64,000 nt of DNA from Vicugna vicugna. Taxonomy: Eukaryota. Of the stretch, positions 26,030-39,847 are shown piece after piece; position 1 is the stretch's first letter; the number at the start of each line of letters is the position of its first letter. The translations under genes were made by a program, and so were the position numbers. The notes below the pieces were generated by a model that made no database searches, was not told where the DNA came from, and saw only the letters and a program-made list of their open reading frames with translations. The stretch covers positions 186,001 through 250,000 of the forward strand of contig MU058839.1 of assembly GCA_013265495.1 (NCBI GenBank). Reading direction: 5' to 3'.

Positions 26030-27783
26030 TTTTTTTAATTGAAGTATAGTCAATTTATAATGTGTTATTTTCTGTTGTACAGCATAGTGTTCATTTGTAC
26101 ATATATATATTCCTTTTCATATCCTTTTTCATTATAGGCCATTACAAGATATTGAATATAGTTCCCTGTGCTATACAGTAAGACCTTGTTGTATATCTAT
26201 TTTATATATAATAATTAGTATCTGCAAATCCTGAACCCCCAGTTTATCCCTCCACCACCACTCCTTCCCCCCCTGGTAACCATAAGTTTGTTTTCTGTGT
26301 CTGTAAGTCTGTTTATGTTTTGTAAATAAGTTCATTTGTGTCTTTTTTTAAGATTCCACATTTAAGTAATATCAAATGGTATTTTTCTGTTTCTGGCTTA
26401 CTTCACTTAGAATGATGATCTCCAGGTCCATCCATGTTGCTGCAAATGGCATTATTTTATTCTTTCTTATGGCTGAGTAGTATTCTATAAATATACCACA
26501 GCTTCTTTATCCAGTCATCTCTCAATGAAATTTTAGGTTGTTTCCATGTCTTGGCTATTGTAAATAATGCTGCTATGAACATTGGGGTGCATGTATCTTT
26601 TCGAGTTACAGTTCCCTTTGGATCTATATACCCAGGAGTGGGATTGCTGGCTCATGGGGTGAGTCTATTTTTAGTTTTTTGAGGAATCTCGATACTGTTT
26701 TCCATAACGGCTGCACCAAACTACATTCCCACCAGTAGTTTAGGAGGGTTTCCTGTTCTCCATACCCGCTCCAGCATTTATTGTTTGTGAACTTTTTAAT
26801 GATGCCCATTCTGACTGTTGTGAGGTGATACCTCATTGTAGTTCTGTAACCAAGCAGGCCCTTGTGGAGCCTTCCCAGGACAGACCCCCTCCTCCATTTC
26901 CTCTGCTGTAGCTCCTCTCTGAAGTACCCAGATAATAGTATCATGTGTATTTACTAAGTTTTTCTGATACTTAAAACTACCACCAAAGAAAAGAAATTAA
27001 CTACTTGATGATAGAGAGCACAAGGCTCCCAGACCTTCTGGCACCTAGGGGCTGATAGTGTTGACCACCCTGTTACCTCAGCATCAGCCAGTCAGAGAAC
27101 TGTGCACGAGCTGATCACACACCCTGCGACCCCTCTCCCTCACTTGCCTTTAAATATGCATTGCTGAAACCCTTCAGGGAGCTGGGGGTTTTCTTGGGCA
27201 TGAGCCACCCCACCTTCCTTGCTTGGCTCTGCAATAAGCCTTTCTCTGCTCTAAACTCTGACATTTCCGTTTGTTCAGCCTCACTGTGCATTGGGTGCAC
27301 AAACTTGCATCCAGTAACAGTTCTGGTTTGCATTTCTCTGATAATTACTGATATTGAACATTTTTTGTGTGCCTATTGGCCATTTGTATGTGTTCATTGG
27401 AGAAATGTCTGTTTAGGTCTTCTGCCCATTTTTTAATTGGGTTGTTTGTTTTTTTGTTATTGAGTTGCACGAGCTGTTTGTATATTCTGGATATTAAGCC
27501 CTTGTCAATCGCATGGTTTACAAATACCTTCTCCTATTCCATAAGTTGTATTTTCATTTTGTTTATGTTTCCTTTGCTGTGCAGAAACTTATAAGTTTAA
27601 TTAGGTCCCATTTGTTTATTTTTGCCTTTATTTCTATTGCCTTGGTAGACTGACTTGGAGAAACATTGCTACAATTTATATTAATGTTTTGCTTATGTTC
27701 TCTTCTATGTGGTTTGTGGTGTTTTGTCTTATGTTTAAGTCTTTAAGCCATTTTGAGTTTATTTTTGTGCATGGTGTGAGAAG
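26030..27783 (-). mobile_element. 5'-truncated L1 (3' UTR plus ORF2 C-terminal remnant) interrupted by a solo LTR
   Basis: ORF2 C-terminal-like peptide TTMRYHLTTVRM...[18 protein letters not shown]...PAIPLLGI; candidate TSD gtt(a/g)tttttga at 26019-26029 and 27784-27794. Confidence 0.92.
26845..27319 (+). mobile_element. ERV1-class solo LTR, 475 bp
   Basis: tgtaac...gtaaca termini; perfect 4-bp TSD gttc (26841-26844, 27320-27323); TATA-like tttaaa and aataag variant. Confidence 0.92.
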
Positions 27784-27861
27784 GTTGTTTTTGAGATATA
27801 ACCACTAACATGATGAAATGCTTATTATGCACTCCCATCTCTTTAAATTCCAATTTCACAT

Positions 27862-27957
27862 TTGGCGACATAAACGTATATCATATCGTCATACTGTACA
27901 CCTTAAACCTGCACAATGTTTTATGATAAATACATCTCAGTAAAGCTGGAAAAATAA
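27862..27957 (+). mobile_element. L1MA-type extreme 3' end
   Basis: 'ctgtacaccttaaacctgcacaatgtttta...catctcagtaaagctggaaaaa'. Confidence 0.75.
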
Positions 27958-29869
27958 TTCTAATTTCAGCCCCTTGGGTCTGATGCTCATCTCTTGTCAC
28001 AGAGTGCAGTGGCCTCTCTATCTAATTACAGTCCTTTCATGTGGGAATGTATTTCAGTTGATTCCCTCTGTGCCCTTTCCTTCCTTCATCCTGGATACAC
28101 ATTGCTTCTAACAAAAATATTCGCCTGCTGGTATTTTTGTTTACACTGAGGATATTCATGGGCTGATCCCTAGATTTATCGTGTGGTAGTCAACATTGCA
28201 TGCAATATGAAGTAGAATTTCAGGATGTTTGCATAACGGGAGACTAAATGGTTAAGCATCCAGTAAATGAATAGAGGCTTTGCGGAGATCAAACATGTGT
28301 TAATGAGGAAGTTGTCAACTTCACAGGTTCTGTTTAAATCCTTGTATTATCTGTGAAACCAAGGAAACAGGAAGAATAAATTCTTCAGATTACTGCAGAG
28401 AGAGAGGAGGACTTTGGCCAGAAAGTTCTTTTTTTTTTTTAATTACTAAAGCCCTGTAAATAAATAAATAGCACTGATTTACATGTAAAATTTTCTTATT
28501 ACTATCTATAAATATGATTGATCTTTGTGGTAGTTAAGGGCAGTGAAATTTTACTAAAGTTTGGCTTTGTTTCATTTTGCTTTGATGAGAGGAGTGTCAC
28601 GATTGGGATGATATACTGGACAAGGTACTTAATTATAGTCTACAGAATCCACTTTTGCAAATTTGAGCAGCAAAGGAATTGGTGAGAGGATATTAGGTAG
28701 GGCCAGAGGATCCAACAATAAACCTGAACATCCGTAAGCAGTAACCAACCACTCCTTTTTTAAGCAGAAATACTACTAACACTAGCACTTGGCACTTACG
28801 ATGCTCAGAATTGGATTTCAGAATCACTGCCACTCCCTGCCCCCAAAAACAAGATTCTTCCACCCTTTGGCTTGCCAAAAGACCAATATTCCTAGATGCA
28901 TCTGCTTCCTCACGTGCTCCCTCCAGATCTGTCTCACTAGGATAGTCTGATTAAAGGAAGCTAGCTCATGCCTGCCCCCTAATGCAGGACGTTTGGGACT
29001 GCAATTTCTGCCTTCTTTAGGAAGGTGAAACATACAATGTGGGGGAAATTATCATTATGTTAAGAGAGTGCTCAAACATGATAGGTAGCTCAAGTGATGA
29101 ACATACTTTACAGACTTAACTTATTCTGAGTGTTCGATTTACACTGATTGTGGATTTCTGTGCCTGAGGAGAAATTTCCTGCTGCCAAGTACTTTCCAGC
29201 TCTCTGGAGATGGACTTCACATTCCTCAGATCCCAGAATGTTCAGATTCTTTGCTGCTCAAAGAAAATATGCATTCATGAAACGTGTGCCCTGTTTCCTC
29301 CGTTACTCCACTCACCAGCATACCCAGTGTTAACATGGGATATTGAGGTGATTCATTTATGACTAGATAGAATTGTAACAAAAGAAACAGGAGAAAATTG
29401 TTTCTTATAAATTTGATGGCATAAGAGGGAAATAGGATAGATGGATAAGATAATTAGAAAAGTCTTACAATGCAAGAAAATATATAATTGCACCATTATT
29501 ATGCATGTAATCCTAAGACAGAATGTTAACTACTCATTCTAATTGGAAATATGATTAAAATAGTCAATGTTTCCAAATAATAACTGTAGAGTAGTTAGAT
29601 GGGAGGAAAATAAACCTGTTCTTCAGTGGTATATTTAGAAACCTTATCCATCTTTGACATTCATAGCTAAGAAGAATTCAATCTGTTTTGTTAAATCTAA
29701 TTGTAGGCCAAATAATTAGTGCATGGAGAGAATTAATGAAGATATGTCAAGGTAATCACAAACAAGGTTTGAATTTACTAATTTTACTGATTTTACTAAT
29801 GATGAGTTTCTCACTGGATCATCTGTATGCACTGAAAATGTTCTAATATTACTTAATATACTTAATAAT

Positions 29870-31120
29870 ATCTTTAAAAAATCATAAATATAGTATGTTT
29901 ACTAGAGAAAATTTAGAAATACAGGTAGCCAAAAAAAGGAAGAAAAAAGAAACCTTATCACCTTGTGTGATTTAGTCTGCTCAGGCTGCCATAACAAAAT
30001 ATCAAAGGTTGGGTGGCTCAAACAGAAATGTACTTTCTCATAGTTGTGGAGGCTAGCACTCCCAGATCAAGGTGTGAGCCAATTTGGTTCCTGTTGAGAG
30101 CTCTCTTGCTGGCTTGTGGATGGCTGCCTTCTCACTGTGTCCTCACATGGTGGAGGGAGAGAAAGAGCAAGCAAGTTTTCTGATGTCTCGTCTTATGAGG
30201 GCACTAATCCCATCATGAAGGGCTGCCCTCTGACCTCATCTAACTTTAATTACCTCCAGAAGGTCTCATCTGCAGATAGCATCACTTTGGAGGTTAAGGC
30301 TTCAACATATCAATTTTGAGGAGACACATCACAATTCTGACCATAACCCCTGTTGAATATTTTAATTCTTTTTTTCATAAGAACAAAAACAAATTTTGTT
30401 AAAAATGAAAATGATTTATAACTTCTGTTTTTTATTTAATACTATTCTGAGAATATCTTTCTACTTAGTTGTATAATTACATAATTAAATATGTAAAAAT
30501 AGTTTAAACATCTTCCAATATTACTCTGTAACATTACAGTTAATGTAACATAAAATTCTACCCTAAGTATATACTCTACTTAGTTTCCCAGTTCACCTAC
30601 TGCTGGAAATTTGTATTTTTTTATAATTTTAAAATAGTACTATAAAGAATATTCTTATAATAACTTCTCTGTTGCATGCCTATAATTATTCTGTGTAGTG
30701 GAATTTCTGGGGCAAAGGCTAAGCATATTTTAAGGCTTTTGGTAGCACTGCCAAATTTCCCTTGAGAAAGTTTATTCCAAATACATTGTCCATTAGCAAT
30801 ATAAGAAAACCTGTTCTGGATGTCTTCATCCTTAACCTATATTAACACAGGGTACAATCAGCCTTAAAATGTTACCAAAGATAGTACAGTTTTGTTTTAA
30901 TTCAAATTCTATTGTATAAAAGTTTTCAATCAACCTTTACTCTTAGAGTGTCTGTCTATCATTAGAAAGATCTTCTCTACTTCAAAATTGAATAAGCTTT
31001 CACATGTATTTTAATCTTCACTTTTAAAATCTTGTGTGCATTTACATTTTACATACATCTGGAATTCATTTCAGAGTTAAAAATACTTTTTTGAGTGATT
31101 AGCAAGTTGTTCCATTGTTT
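29870..31120 (-). mobile_element. Ancient L1ME-like fragment interrupted by an MLT1 LTR
   Basis: 'agaaaatttagaaatacagg', 'gtggaatttctggggcaaagg', 'ctgccaaatttcccttgagaaag'. Confidence 0.55.
29964..30347 (-). mobile_element. MaLR solo LTR (MLT1A/B-like)
   Basis: 'ttagtctgctcaggctgccataacaaaata...cttcaacatatcaattttgaggagacaca...ccataac'. Confidence 0.8.
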
Positions 31121-31799
31121 TCGGAAATTGAGTACAATTATGCATAAAATTTTGTTATTTTCTACACAAAGAAAAAATTCTAATTAGTGAAATATATAAG
31201 TAGGCCTTGTTTAAAGAGTCCTTAAAGTAGCCCTCATGGTTTATACTCTGAGTGTCATGTTATTATAAAGGTCATATGGATTGACTCCAGCCAGTTGTTA
31301 GTAATGTTATTTTTAAAACATTATGTGAACATGACGTGTTATAACTCCTAGAATAACAATCCTGAAAATTTTATCTCCACATACACAATTTGGCTCCAGC
31401 ATGGGAGGTTGTACATAATTTTCTCCATAAGTGTACCTCATTCTGATACTGAAATCAGCAACACTTAAGACTACAAACATAATTAATTTTGATGTGTCAA
31501 ATTAATCGTTGCTGTTTCTTGATATTTCCAACAAGGATATTGGTTGCTATCATGATTTTAACAAAAATAGCTATACAATAAAATCTTTAAGTGCATTTTC
31601 CAGTTCACTTAGAACTTCAAACTGCCACTAGATGGAGTCATTAAGTCTTTTCTAAATGGGGTCCAACATAATGTTATGATCTTAGAGCAAAAGATCTGTA
31701 ATGTTTTAGCACTCCCACGCAGGTAATTATTAACTCATCTCTGGACAGCCGTGATTTTAGCTGAATTGGAATGAATGCCAAATTTATTTCTTTAGCAAA

Positions 31800-33010
31800 A
31801 AATTTTTGCTAGTAAATGTTGCAAGTTAGCCTTAGAAGTTTTCTTCTCAAGATGAGTATACAAAACCCAATAACATAATTGTATTTGTACTCACAATAAC
31901 CAATTGTAAAACATAATATATAGATGATCCCATTCATAGTAAGTACACAAAGGGTAAAGTACTCAGGAATAATTCTAGCAAGAGATGTGCAAGGCTTTTA
32001 TATAGAAAATTATCAAGCACTACTAAATAGCATTAAAAAGTCCTAAAAAAAATGAAGAGATATACAATGTTCATGGATGGAAAGACTAAATGTTGTGAAG
32101 ACATCAGTTTCTGCAGACTGATCTACATATTTCATACAATTTCAATCAAAATATGAATACAGTTGTTTTGTGTAAGTTAATAAACTGATACTAAATCCAT
32201 ATATAACACATGACTTAAAATAGTCTGTTCAATTTGAAGAAGAACCTTATGGGAGTAACTTGCCTTACTTAAACAATGGAACAAAAATACAAATCCAAGT
32301 AAAACATCCATTACGGCATCCAAAAACTCAAAGAAAGGAGAATTCGTGTTGGAAAACATTAAATCAAAATAAAATTAAAATTTTATCTCACAAAGGTGAA
32401 AAATAAATTCCAGGACAACCACGAACCCAGATATTTTCACCATAGCTTTAAAAGTGTAAGAAGAAAATGTAGAAGTTTGTTTTTTCTCATTTCAGAATAG
32501 GGAAGAATTTTTTAAATAGGACATTATAAGGACAAAATGAAAAGACAAGTGGTAAATTTTCCCACATTAACTTCTGTGCATCAAAATATAACACAAAGGA
32601 GAAAAGACAACCCCTGACTGAGATATTTGCAACACATACACAAATATGTTTTTTTGATAGATAAAATTTTTTTAAATAAATAATCTATATAAAAATGACA
32701 GTCATTTACAGTATAGGAAATCTAAGTGGTCCATAAACTTAGGAAAAGATGTTTAAATTCACTAAAACAGCAAGTTGTTTATTGATATTTATTTGTGTAT
32801 CAAATTAGAAAGAAATTCTGGAAAATAATATGTATCAAGCTCATGATCATGTTATTTCTGGGAAGAGTGGAAAGGGACACCCAGAAAACTTCAACTGTTT
32901 CATTTCCTTTATAAAAAAACTAAAACAAATAGAAAGAATATTAAGATTTGATGAAGGTGAGGGAAAAATACACAGATATTATTTATATATTTAAAATATG
33001 CCATACTTTA
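31800..33010 (+). mobile_element. Ancient L1M ORF2/3' remnant
   Basis: 'gagatatacaatgttcatggatggaaagactaaatgttgtgaagacatca' resembles decayed ORF2 'PCSWIGRLNIVKM'. Confidence 0.7.
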
Positions 33011-34512
33011 AAGAGCTTTTTACTTCAACATTCAAATTTTATTTTTAAAGAAATAAGAATGTCAGTTCAGCTATTCCTAGTAGCCTCACAGTTACAGTCA
33101 TTTTTACAATCCTATCTTATTTTTGTTTTTATGGAGCAATATTAATAGAAAACAGAAAAGTAGGTTCTGTCTTTTTGGGTTTATTAAAAATGATTCTTTC
33201 TTGAACTTTCTCACAAGAACTAGAATTTTCATTTTGATTCTTCTTTTCAAGAGACAGTAACATATGTTTCTACCTGTAGAAGCTTGCAGACTATTAAAAT
33301 CATATTTCTAGAACCCCGTAATATCATTGAAAGTTTTTTTTTCCAAGTAATTTTGCTGTTATCAGCTTGATTTTCAGAATCACTCATTTTGCAGTTACCC
33401 TAGCTGAATCAAGAAAAAGCCAAAAAGAAATTGTAATTGTATACTTTGCACAACAAAGATAGAGTTCTGCTGGCGAGATTCCTCCATAACCACTACTTTC
33501 CATTTTAATGTAATACATGTAGGGCCCCCACTTACAAATAATTATATTAAATTATACACTAAGTGGGAAAAAAATCTTGGCCGTATCTCTTCAGGAAATT
33601 GGATCAAATGGCAAGAGCTACTTCTCTCACACTGCTATCAGTCTTCACCAAACAAAGTTAATTTGCAAAAGGCATTTTTACTTTCAGCTTTCCACAAATT
33701 ATACCCCAGTTACCTGAAGTAAAGGAAGGAAACTTTTAGTGATTTATTTATATTCCATGAGAAACAAGACACATTTTGATCCCTTTCTACATATCTCTGC
33801 ACTAAATCAACTATCCTCTTTATCCTTTTGTTCCTTAAAATATAAAATTCACATGCCTTTTGATCCAACCAGGGAAAACTTCAAAGTATAAATGCTAACT
33901 TTGTTCCACATCTTGGAAATTTGCAAGCTAAGGAGAAAAACATGAGAATCGATAGAGAAGAAGGTGCTTGTGTGAAAGAGATAACATTTTCCTTTCCTTT
34001 TAAAAATTGCTTTTAGAGAATACTCACTTGCTTAAAAAGTAAATGGATGTCAGTTGTCAACTGACTTTTAGAAGAACATGAGATACATTTCCCAGCTTCT
34101 GGTTTACATGGTATGCTAAGTTAGGATTAACTATAGATCAAATTTGACAATTAGATATACCCTGAGAGTTGCCCGTGAAATTAATTATTTAAATTATTTT
34201 CCTGATCATTGTAGAAAATTTGGAAAATATAGATTAGTTATATTTTCACTTAGTATTGTACTGTAAATACAGAATATTAAATAAACAGTAAATATTTGAA
34301 AGTTTTAAAGTTTTCAGATTTGAAAATGGACCCCAATGGAAATAAAATTTTAAATGAAATGAGTATCTGTGCTCCAGTCTTGCTTTACTGGAATAGTTGG
34401 GTATAATTTGATCAGTCTAAGAAGTTATCTACCTATATCAGGCTTTAAAATACTTGTCAAAAATCATTTGCCTAAAAAACATTTTATTATTTTAAAATAT
34501 TACGTTGGTCTT

Positions 34513-37500
34513 TTCCCCCCAATTTTATTGAAATATAGTTGACATACAGCACTGTATATAAGTTTCAAGTGTACATAACAATGACTTGACTTTACATATA
34601 CAATGAAATGATTATTAAAATAAATTACATGATACTCATCATCTCATATAGATATAAAATTACAAAATAATGGCTATATTTCCCTGTGCTGTACAATATA
34701 TACTTGTTGCTTATCTATTTTATACACAGTAATTTGTATCCCTTAATTCCATACCCCTATGTTGCCCCTCCCCACTTCCTCTTCCCAACTGGCAACCATT
34801 AGTTTGTTCTCTATATCTGTGAGTCTGTTTCTGTTTTGTTCTATACAATTATTTCCTTTATTTCTTACATTCCACATATAGGTGATAACATACCATATTT
34901 GCCTTTCTCTACCTGACTTATTTCACTAAGTATAAGTACTCTCTTGGTACACATTGTTGTAAATGGCAGAATTTCAGGGTTTTTATGTCTGACTAATATT
35001 CTGTTGTATCTATATACACCACATCTTCTTTATCCATTCATATGTTGATGGACACTTAAGTTGCTTCCATATCTTGGAAGTTCCAACTAATGCTGCTATG
35101 AACATTGGGTTGCCTGTATCTTTTCAAATTAGTGTTTTGCTTTGTTTTACCCCAATATGTACCCAGCAGTGGAACTGCTGGATATATGATAGTTCTACTT
35201 TTAGTTTTTTGGGGAAATTCCATGCTATTTTTCATAGTGGCTGCACTAATTTACGTTTCCATCAAGAGAGTATAAGTGTTCTCTTTTCACCACGTCCTCC
35301 ATAAAACTTGTTATTTGTACATTTTCTTGATGATAGCCATTCTGACAAGTGTGAAGTGAAGTCTTATTGTGGTTTTGATATGCATTTCTCTAATAATTAG
35401 TGGTGTTGAGCATCTTTTCATATGCCTGTTAGCCATCTGTATGACTTCTTTGGAAAAAAATGTCTGTTGAGGCTTTCTGCCCATTTTTTAAATTAGATTG
35501 TTTGTTTTTTGATACTGACTTATGTGAAATGTGTATATATATATATATATATCTTGATATTAACCCTTTATCAGTCATATAATTTGCAAATACTGTCTCC
35601 CATTCAGTTGGTTGTCTTTTTGCTTTGTTGATGGTTTCCTTTACTATGCAAAAGTTTTTAAAGTTTAATTAGGCTTCATTTGTTTATTTTTGCTTTTATT
35701 TATTTATTTTTTTTTGCCTTAGGAGATAGACCAAAAAATATTGCTACAATGTATGTCAAAGAATGTTCTGCCTGTGTTCTCTCCTAGGAGTATTATGGTT
35801 TTAGGTCTTACATTTAGATTGTTAATCCATTTTGAGGGTATTTTTGTACACAGTATGAGGAAATGTTCTAATATCATTCTTTTATATTCCCTCTATACCA
35901 ACATTGATTAAAACTTTTATGAATAGATGTTGAATTTTGTCAAATACTTTTTCTGTCTGTTGAGATAATCATGTGATTTTTATCCATTCTTTTGTTAATG
36001 TGGTGTATCATGTTGGATTTGCAAACATTGAATCATCTTTGCATCCCTAGAATAAATCCCACTTGATCATGGTGTATAATCCTTTTTATATATTGCTGAC
36101 TTCAGTTTGCTAGTGTTTTGTTAAGAATTTTTGCATCTATATTCATCAAAGATATTGGCCGATATTGCCTTGTCTTGTTGTATATTAATCTAATTTTGTT
36201 ATCAGGTTAATGATAGCCTTGTAGAATGAATTTGAGAGTGTTCTGTCCTCTTCAGTTTTTGAAACAGTTTGAGAAGGATAGATAGTAGCTCTTCTTTATA
36301 TTGGTAGAATTCCCCTGTGAAGATATCCAGTCCTGAATTTTTGTTTGCTAAGAGTTTTTGGGTTTTTTTTTAAATTCACTTTCACTACTAGTGATTGGTT
36401 TGTTCAGACTGTCTGTTTCTTCCTGATTCAGTCTTTCCTAGTGGGATTTTCCCTTTCCTATAGATCTTTTACTTCTTATTATAGCCTTTTCTTTTCCACT
36501 TTGAGAAAATCCTTTAACATTTCTTTTAGGGTAGGTTTAGTATTGATGCACTTTTCCAGTTTGTGTTTGTTTGAGTTCTTTATCCTCCTTCAATTCTAAG
36601 TGGTAATCTCACTGATTAGAGCATCCTGGGTTGTATGCTTTCATCTTTAGCATTTTGAATACATCACACATTCCCTTCTGGCTTACGAAGTTTCTGCAGA
36701 AAAAAATCACCTGGTAGCCTTATAGCGAGGGTGACTCTGTTTTTCTCTTGCTACTTTTAGATTTCTCTCTTTAACTTTTGCCATTTTAATTATGACATTT
36801 CTTGGTCTGGGTCTGTTCGCATTCATCTTGTTTGGGACCCTCTATCCTCCTGTAGCTGGATATCTGTGTCATTCTTCAGTTTGGGGAAGTTTTCAGCCAT
36901 AATTCCATCAAAAACATGTTTCACTACTTTCTCTCTTCTCCTTCTGGGACCCCCTATAATGCAAATGTTGGTTTGTTTGACATTATCCCAGAAATCACTC
37001 AAAATTTTCTCATTTTTTAAGTTTGCTTCTCTTTTTGCTGTTCTGATTGGGTGATATTTATTATTCTATCTTCCAGATAACATGCATTTTTCTGTTACTT
37101 AGTCTGCTATTAATATCTTTTGGTGTGTTTTTTATTTCAGTTATTATATTCTTTAGTTCTGACTGATTCTTCTTTATATTTTCTAGTTCCTTGTTAAAAT
37201 TCTTACTGTGTTTATCTATCTTTTCTGTAATTCAATTAGCATTCTTATTTCTAATGCTTTGAATTTTTTATCTGGTAAATTGTGTATTTCTGTTTCATTA
37301 TTTATTTTCTAAGGATTTTTCTCTTGCTGTTTCATTTGAGAACAGCTCCTCTGTATTCTCATTTTGCTTAACCTTCTATGTCTGTATGGATTTAGGTGAA
37401 ACAGTTACCTACTGTGCTTTGAAAGAATATCTTTATGTGGGAGCATACTTTTACCCTCTTTGTTGCTCAGTGCCTTTGGTGGGAGAGCTGGATTTGACTT

Positions 37501-38757
37501 GCAAACAAGTCCTGTCTTTCCTCAGGCTTTGCTGGCATCTATCACCTTAGTAGGAGGTGGGGCTGGAGATGGAGCTCCACATCTTAGGGTCAGAGCCAAG
37601 TATGAGCAAGGCTTCCCCACAGGCCATCATTGCCCTATCCGGGCTGGGATCTGATCCCAAGTTGCTGGAGCAGACTCTCTGAAGGTCAGGTCTGAGCTGG
37701 CTCTGTTTCCTTTAAAAGTAGGCCCTCCCTTCTCTTAGAACTGGGACCCTTGCCCTCCAGGGAGCATGGCTGGAGCAAGAGGGGCCCTTGCAGGCTCTTG
37801 GCTGGTTAAGAGACAAGGGCTATAATGGGCTGGCCACAGACAGGCATCCAGTCTCCAATGTGCTACCTGTGCAAGCACTAGCAATGGCTGTTCCCACCCT
37901 GTTCAGATGCAGCCTCAGGCTTGAGTCTCCTTCACAGCCGATCACTCCCTCAAGTCTCCGCCACCCTCCTCCCCCACCGCCCTATTGTGAATCTGTGCCA
38001 CGCGGTATGTAGCCCTATGTGGGTTCTCAGTGTGTGTGGGGCACTGGCTGTGATAGCCAAACCTCTGTCAGAGATCAGGACCACCCCTGTTGCACTCCCT
38101 CTGTAAGCACCAGCAATGGCTGCCTCTACCCCGACTCAGATATTTCCTCGGATCCAAGTCACCTCTACATCCCATGGCCAAGATCTCTCCTTAGTTGTGA
38201 TAGCCCTCTATCCAACACTGAGTTGCAATGTGAAGTAAGCAGGGCTAGAGCAATTGTTTGCCTCGCCTGGGGTGTGTGCTGAGGTAGTTGCAAGAAACCT
38301 GGCAGCCACTCAATCCACCCTCCCCTCCCTGCCTCAAGGGCAAGGCAGTGCAGTGCGTTCCTCAGATGTGGAGTCCAGGCTTCCCACAGCCCTCCTCTTA
38401 GTGCCAGCAGCTCTCCAACCAGCCAAGGGGGCTCATCTTCCCTGAGTTGAAACAGAAGTGAGGTGCTCAGTACGTGGCTCAAACTGCCCATTCCCCAGAG
38501 TGCATCTCCTGTGTAATCTCCCTTTTCCTCTGAGTCCCCTCCTAGGGGCACAGGTCCTGACCTAATTGCTTCTCTTCCCTTCTGACCCTATTCCGTGTGG
38601 CTCTCTCTTACAGCCTTAGTTGTGCAGGAGTCTTTCTGACAGTTTCCAGTTAGTTTTCAGTGGGAATTGTTCCACAAGTAGATGTATTTTTGATGTGTTC
38701 TTGCAGGGAGTGAGTTTCATGTCCTCCTACTCCACCATCTTGATTGATTTCCTTAAA
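34513..38757 (-). mobile_element. L1 with both ends retained and large internal deletions
   Basis: 3' UTR at left, ORF2 pieces, T-rich ORF1-like region, GC-rich 5' UTR ending 'tcctactccaccatcttg'; candidate TSD ttggtctt at 34505-34512 and 38758-38765. Confidence 0.85.
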
Positions 38758-39847
38758 TTGGTCTTGATGAAGTTCATCAATCATTTATTGAAAATTAACT
38801 GAGAGCAAAATTGTTCTTTCTCTTCCTGTCCCCTCCAATTCTTTCTGTCACAGGATCAAGGAAAAACAATTAGCCCTCTATAGAGTCATAAAGAAAGATA
38901 AGTTAGGGAGCAATGTATTAAATTCTATTTAGCTCTCTTCCCCAAGTTCCGTAAGAATCCTCATTAGTCTTGTACCCTGATCAGTGGTTGGTTGCAAGGT
39001 GCATTTCAATGTTCCTTCAAATGCTGGATCATATTGTTGTCAATTCCTTGGACAGCACAGACAGTCCTTGCTCATGTCCACAATGCTTTCCTGGAAACCA
39101 TGTCATAACAAAGATCACTTTGCCTCTTAAGACTAGTGTCGTAACTGAGGGTCACAAAAACAACTTAGACACAAACTTAGACACAAAAACAAATAAACTG
39201 TAGCCATTTCCAGCTAATTTGCCATAAAAATAAAATTTCGACATTGAGATATATCTATAGTAATTTACACAGTAAAAATCGTACTACATGTACCTTGACT
39301 GCACGGTAGGAAAATGTACCTATAGCACATAAAGCAATCAAGTTCAGCTATAATACATTGACCATAAAAGAATCATCATTAATTTTCTGTTCTTTTTTAG
39401 AAAAAGTAGGATAACTTGTGGTTGCTGGCCCAGATCTTTTTGGAAGGAAATCCAAGGAATCAGCAAATGTGTTTCTACTTTTCTATGTAAGAATCCACAT
39501 ACAGTCATTGAAAATCACTCTACACAGTACAGGGGTGACTTTAGTAAATAATTTTAAGGATGATTATAAGAAAAAAAATGACAATGACAATGTTGGAGAC
39601 CTCTCTTGAAAGAATATTTTGCCTTCAACTTCTCCCAGTGTCTCAACTTATTTAAAGCTGCCTTTGTGGCTATTTGGAGACAGACCAACACATTGCTGCA
39701 AGGATCTTACATCATGTTTCTCTGATCCGTTGGCAGTACCAACATGATTTTCTCTGCACAAGAAGATGTGGGTGGTCAAAAGCATGAGGAATGGATTTGA
39801 GAGACGTCTTGATAGTAGATTCAGCAGAACTTGGATAAAGACAGAAT

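Noticed and set aside
31793..31811. Palindrome tagcaaaaa-a-tttttgcta
   Set aside because: Low-complexity A/T arms at an old L1 edge, likely chance
38165..38551. Longest ORF (128 aa)
   Set aside because: It lies in the GC-rich L1 5' UTR, where stop codons are scarce, and has no recognisable domain
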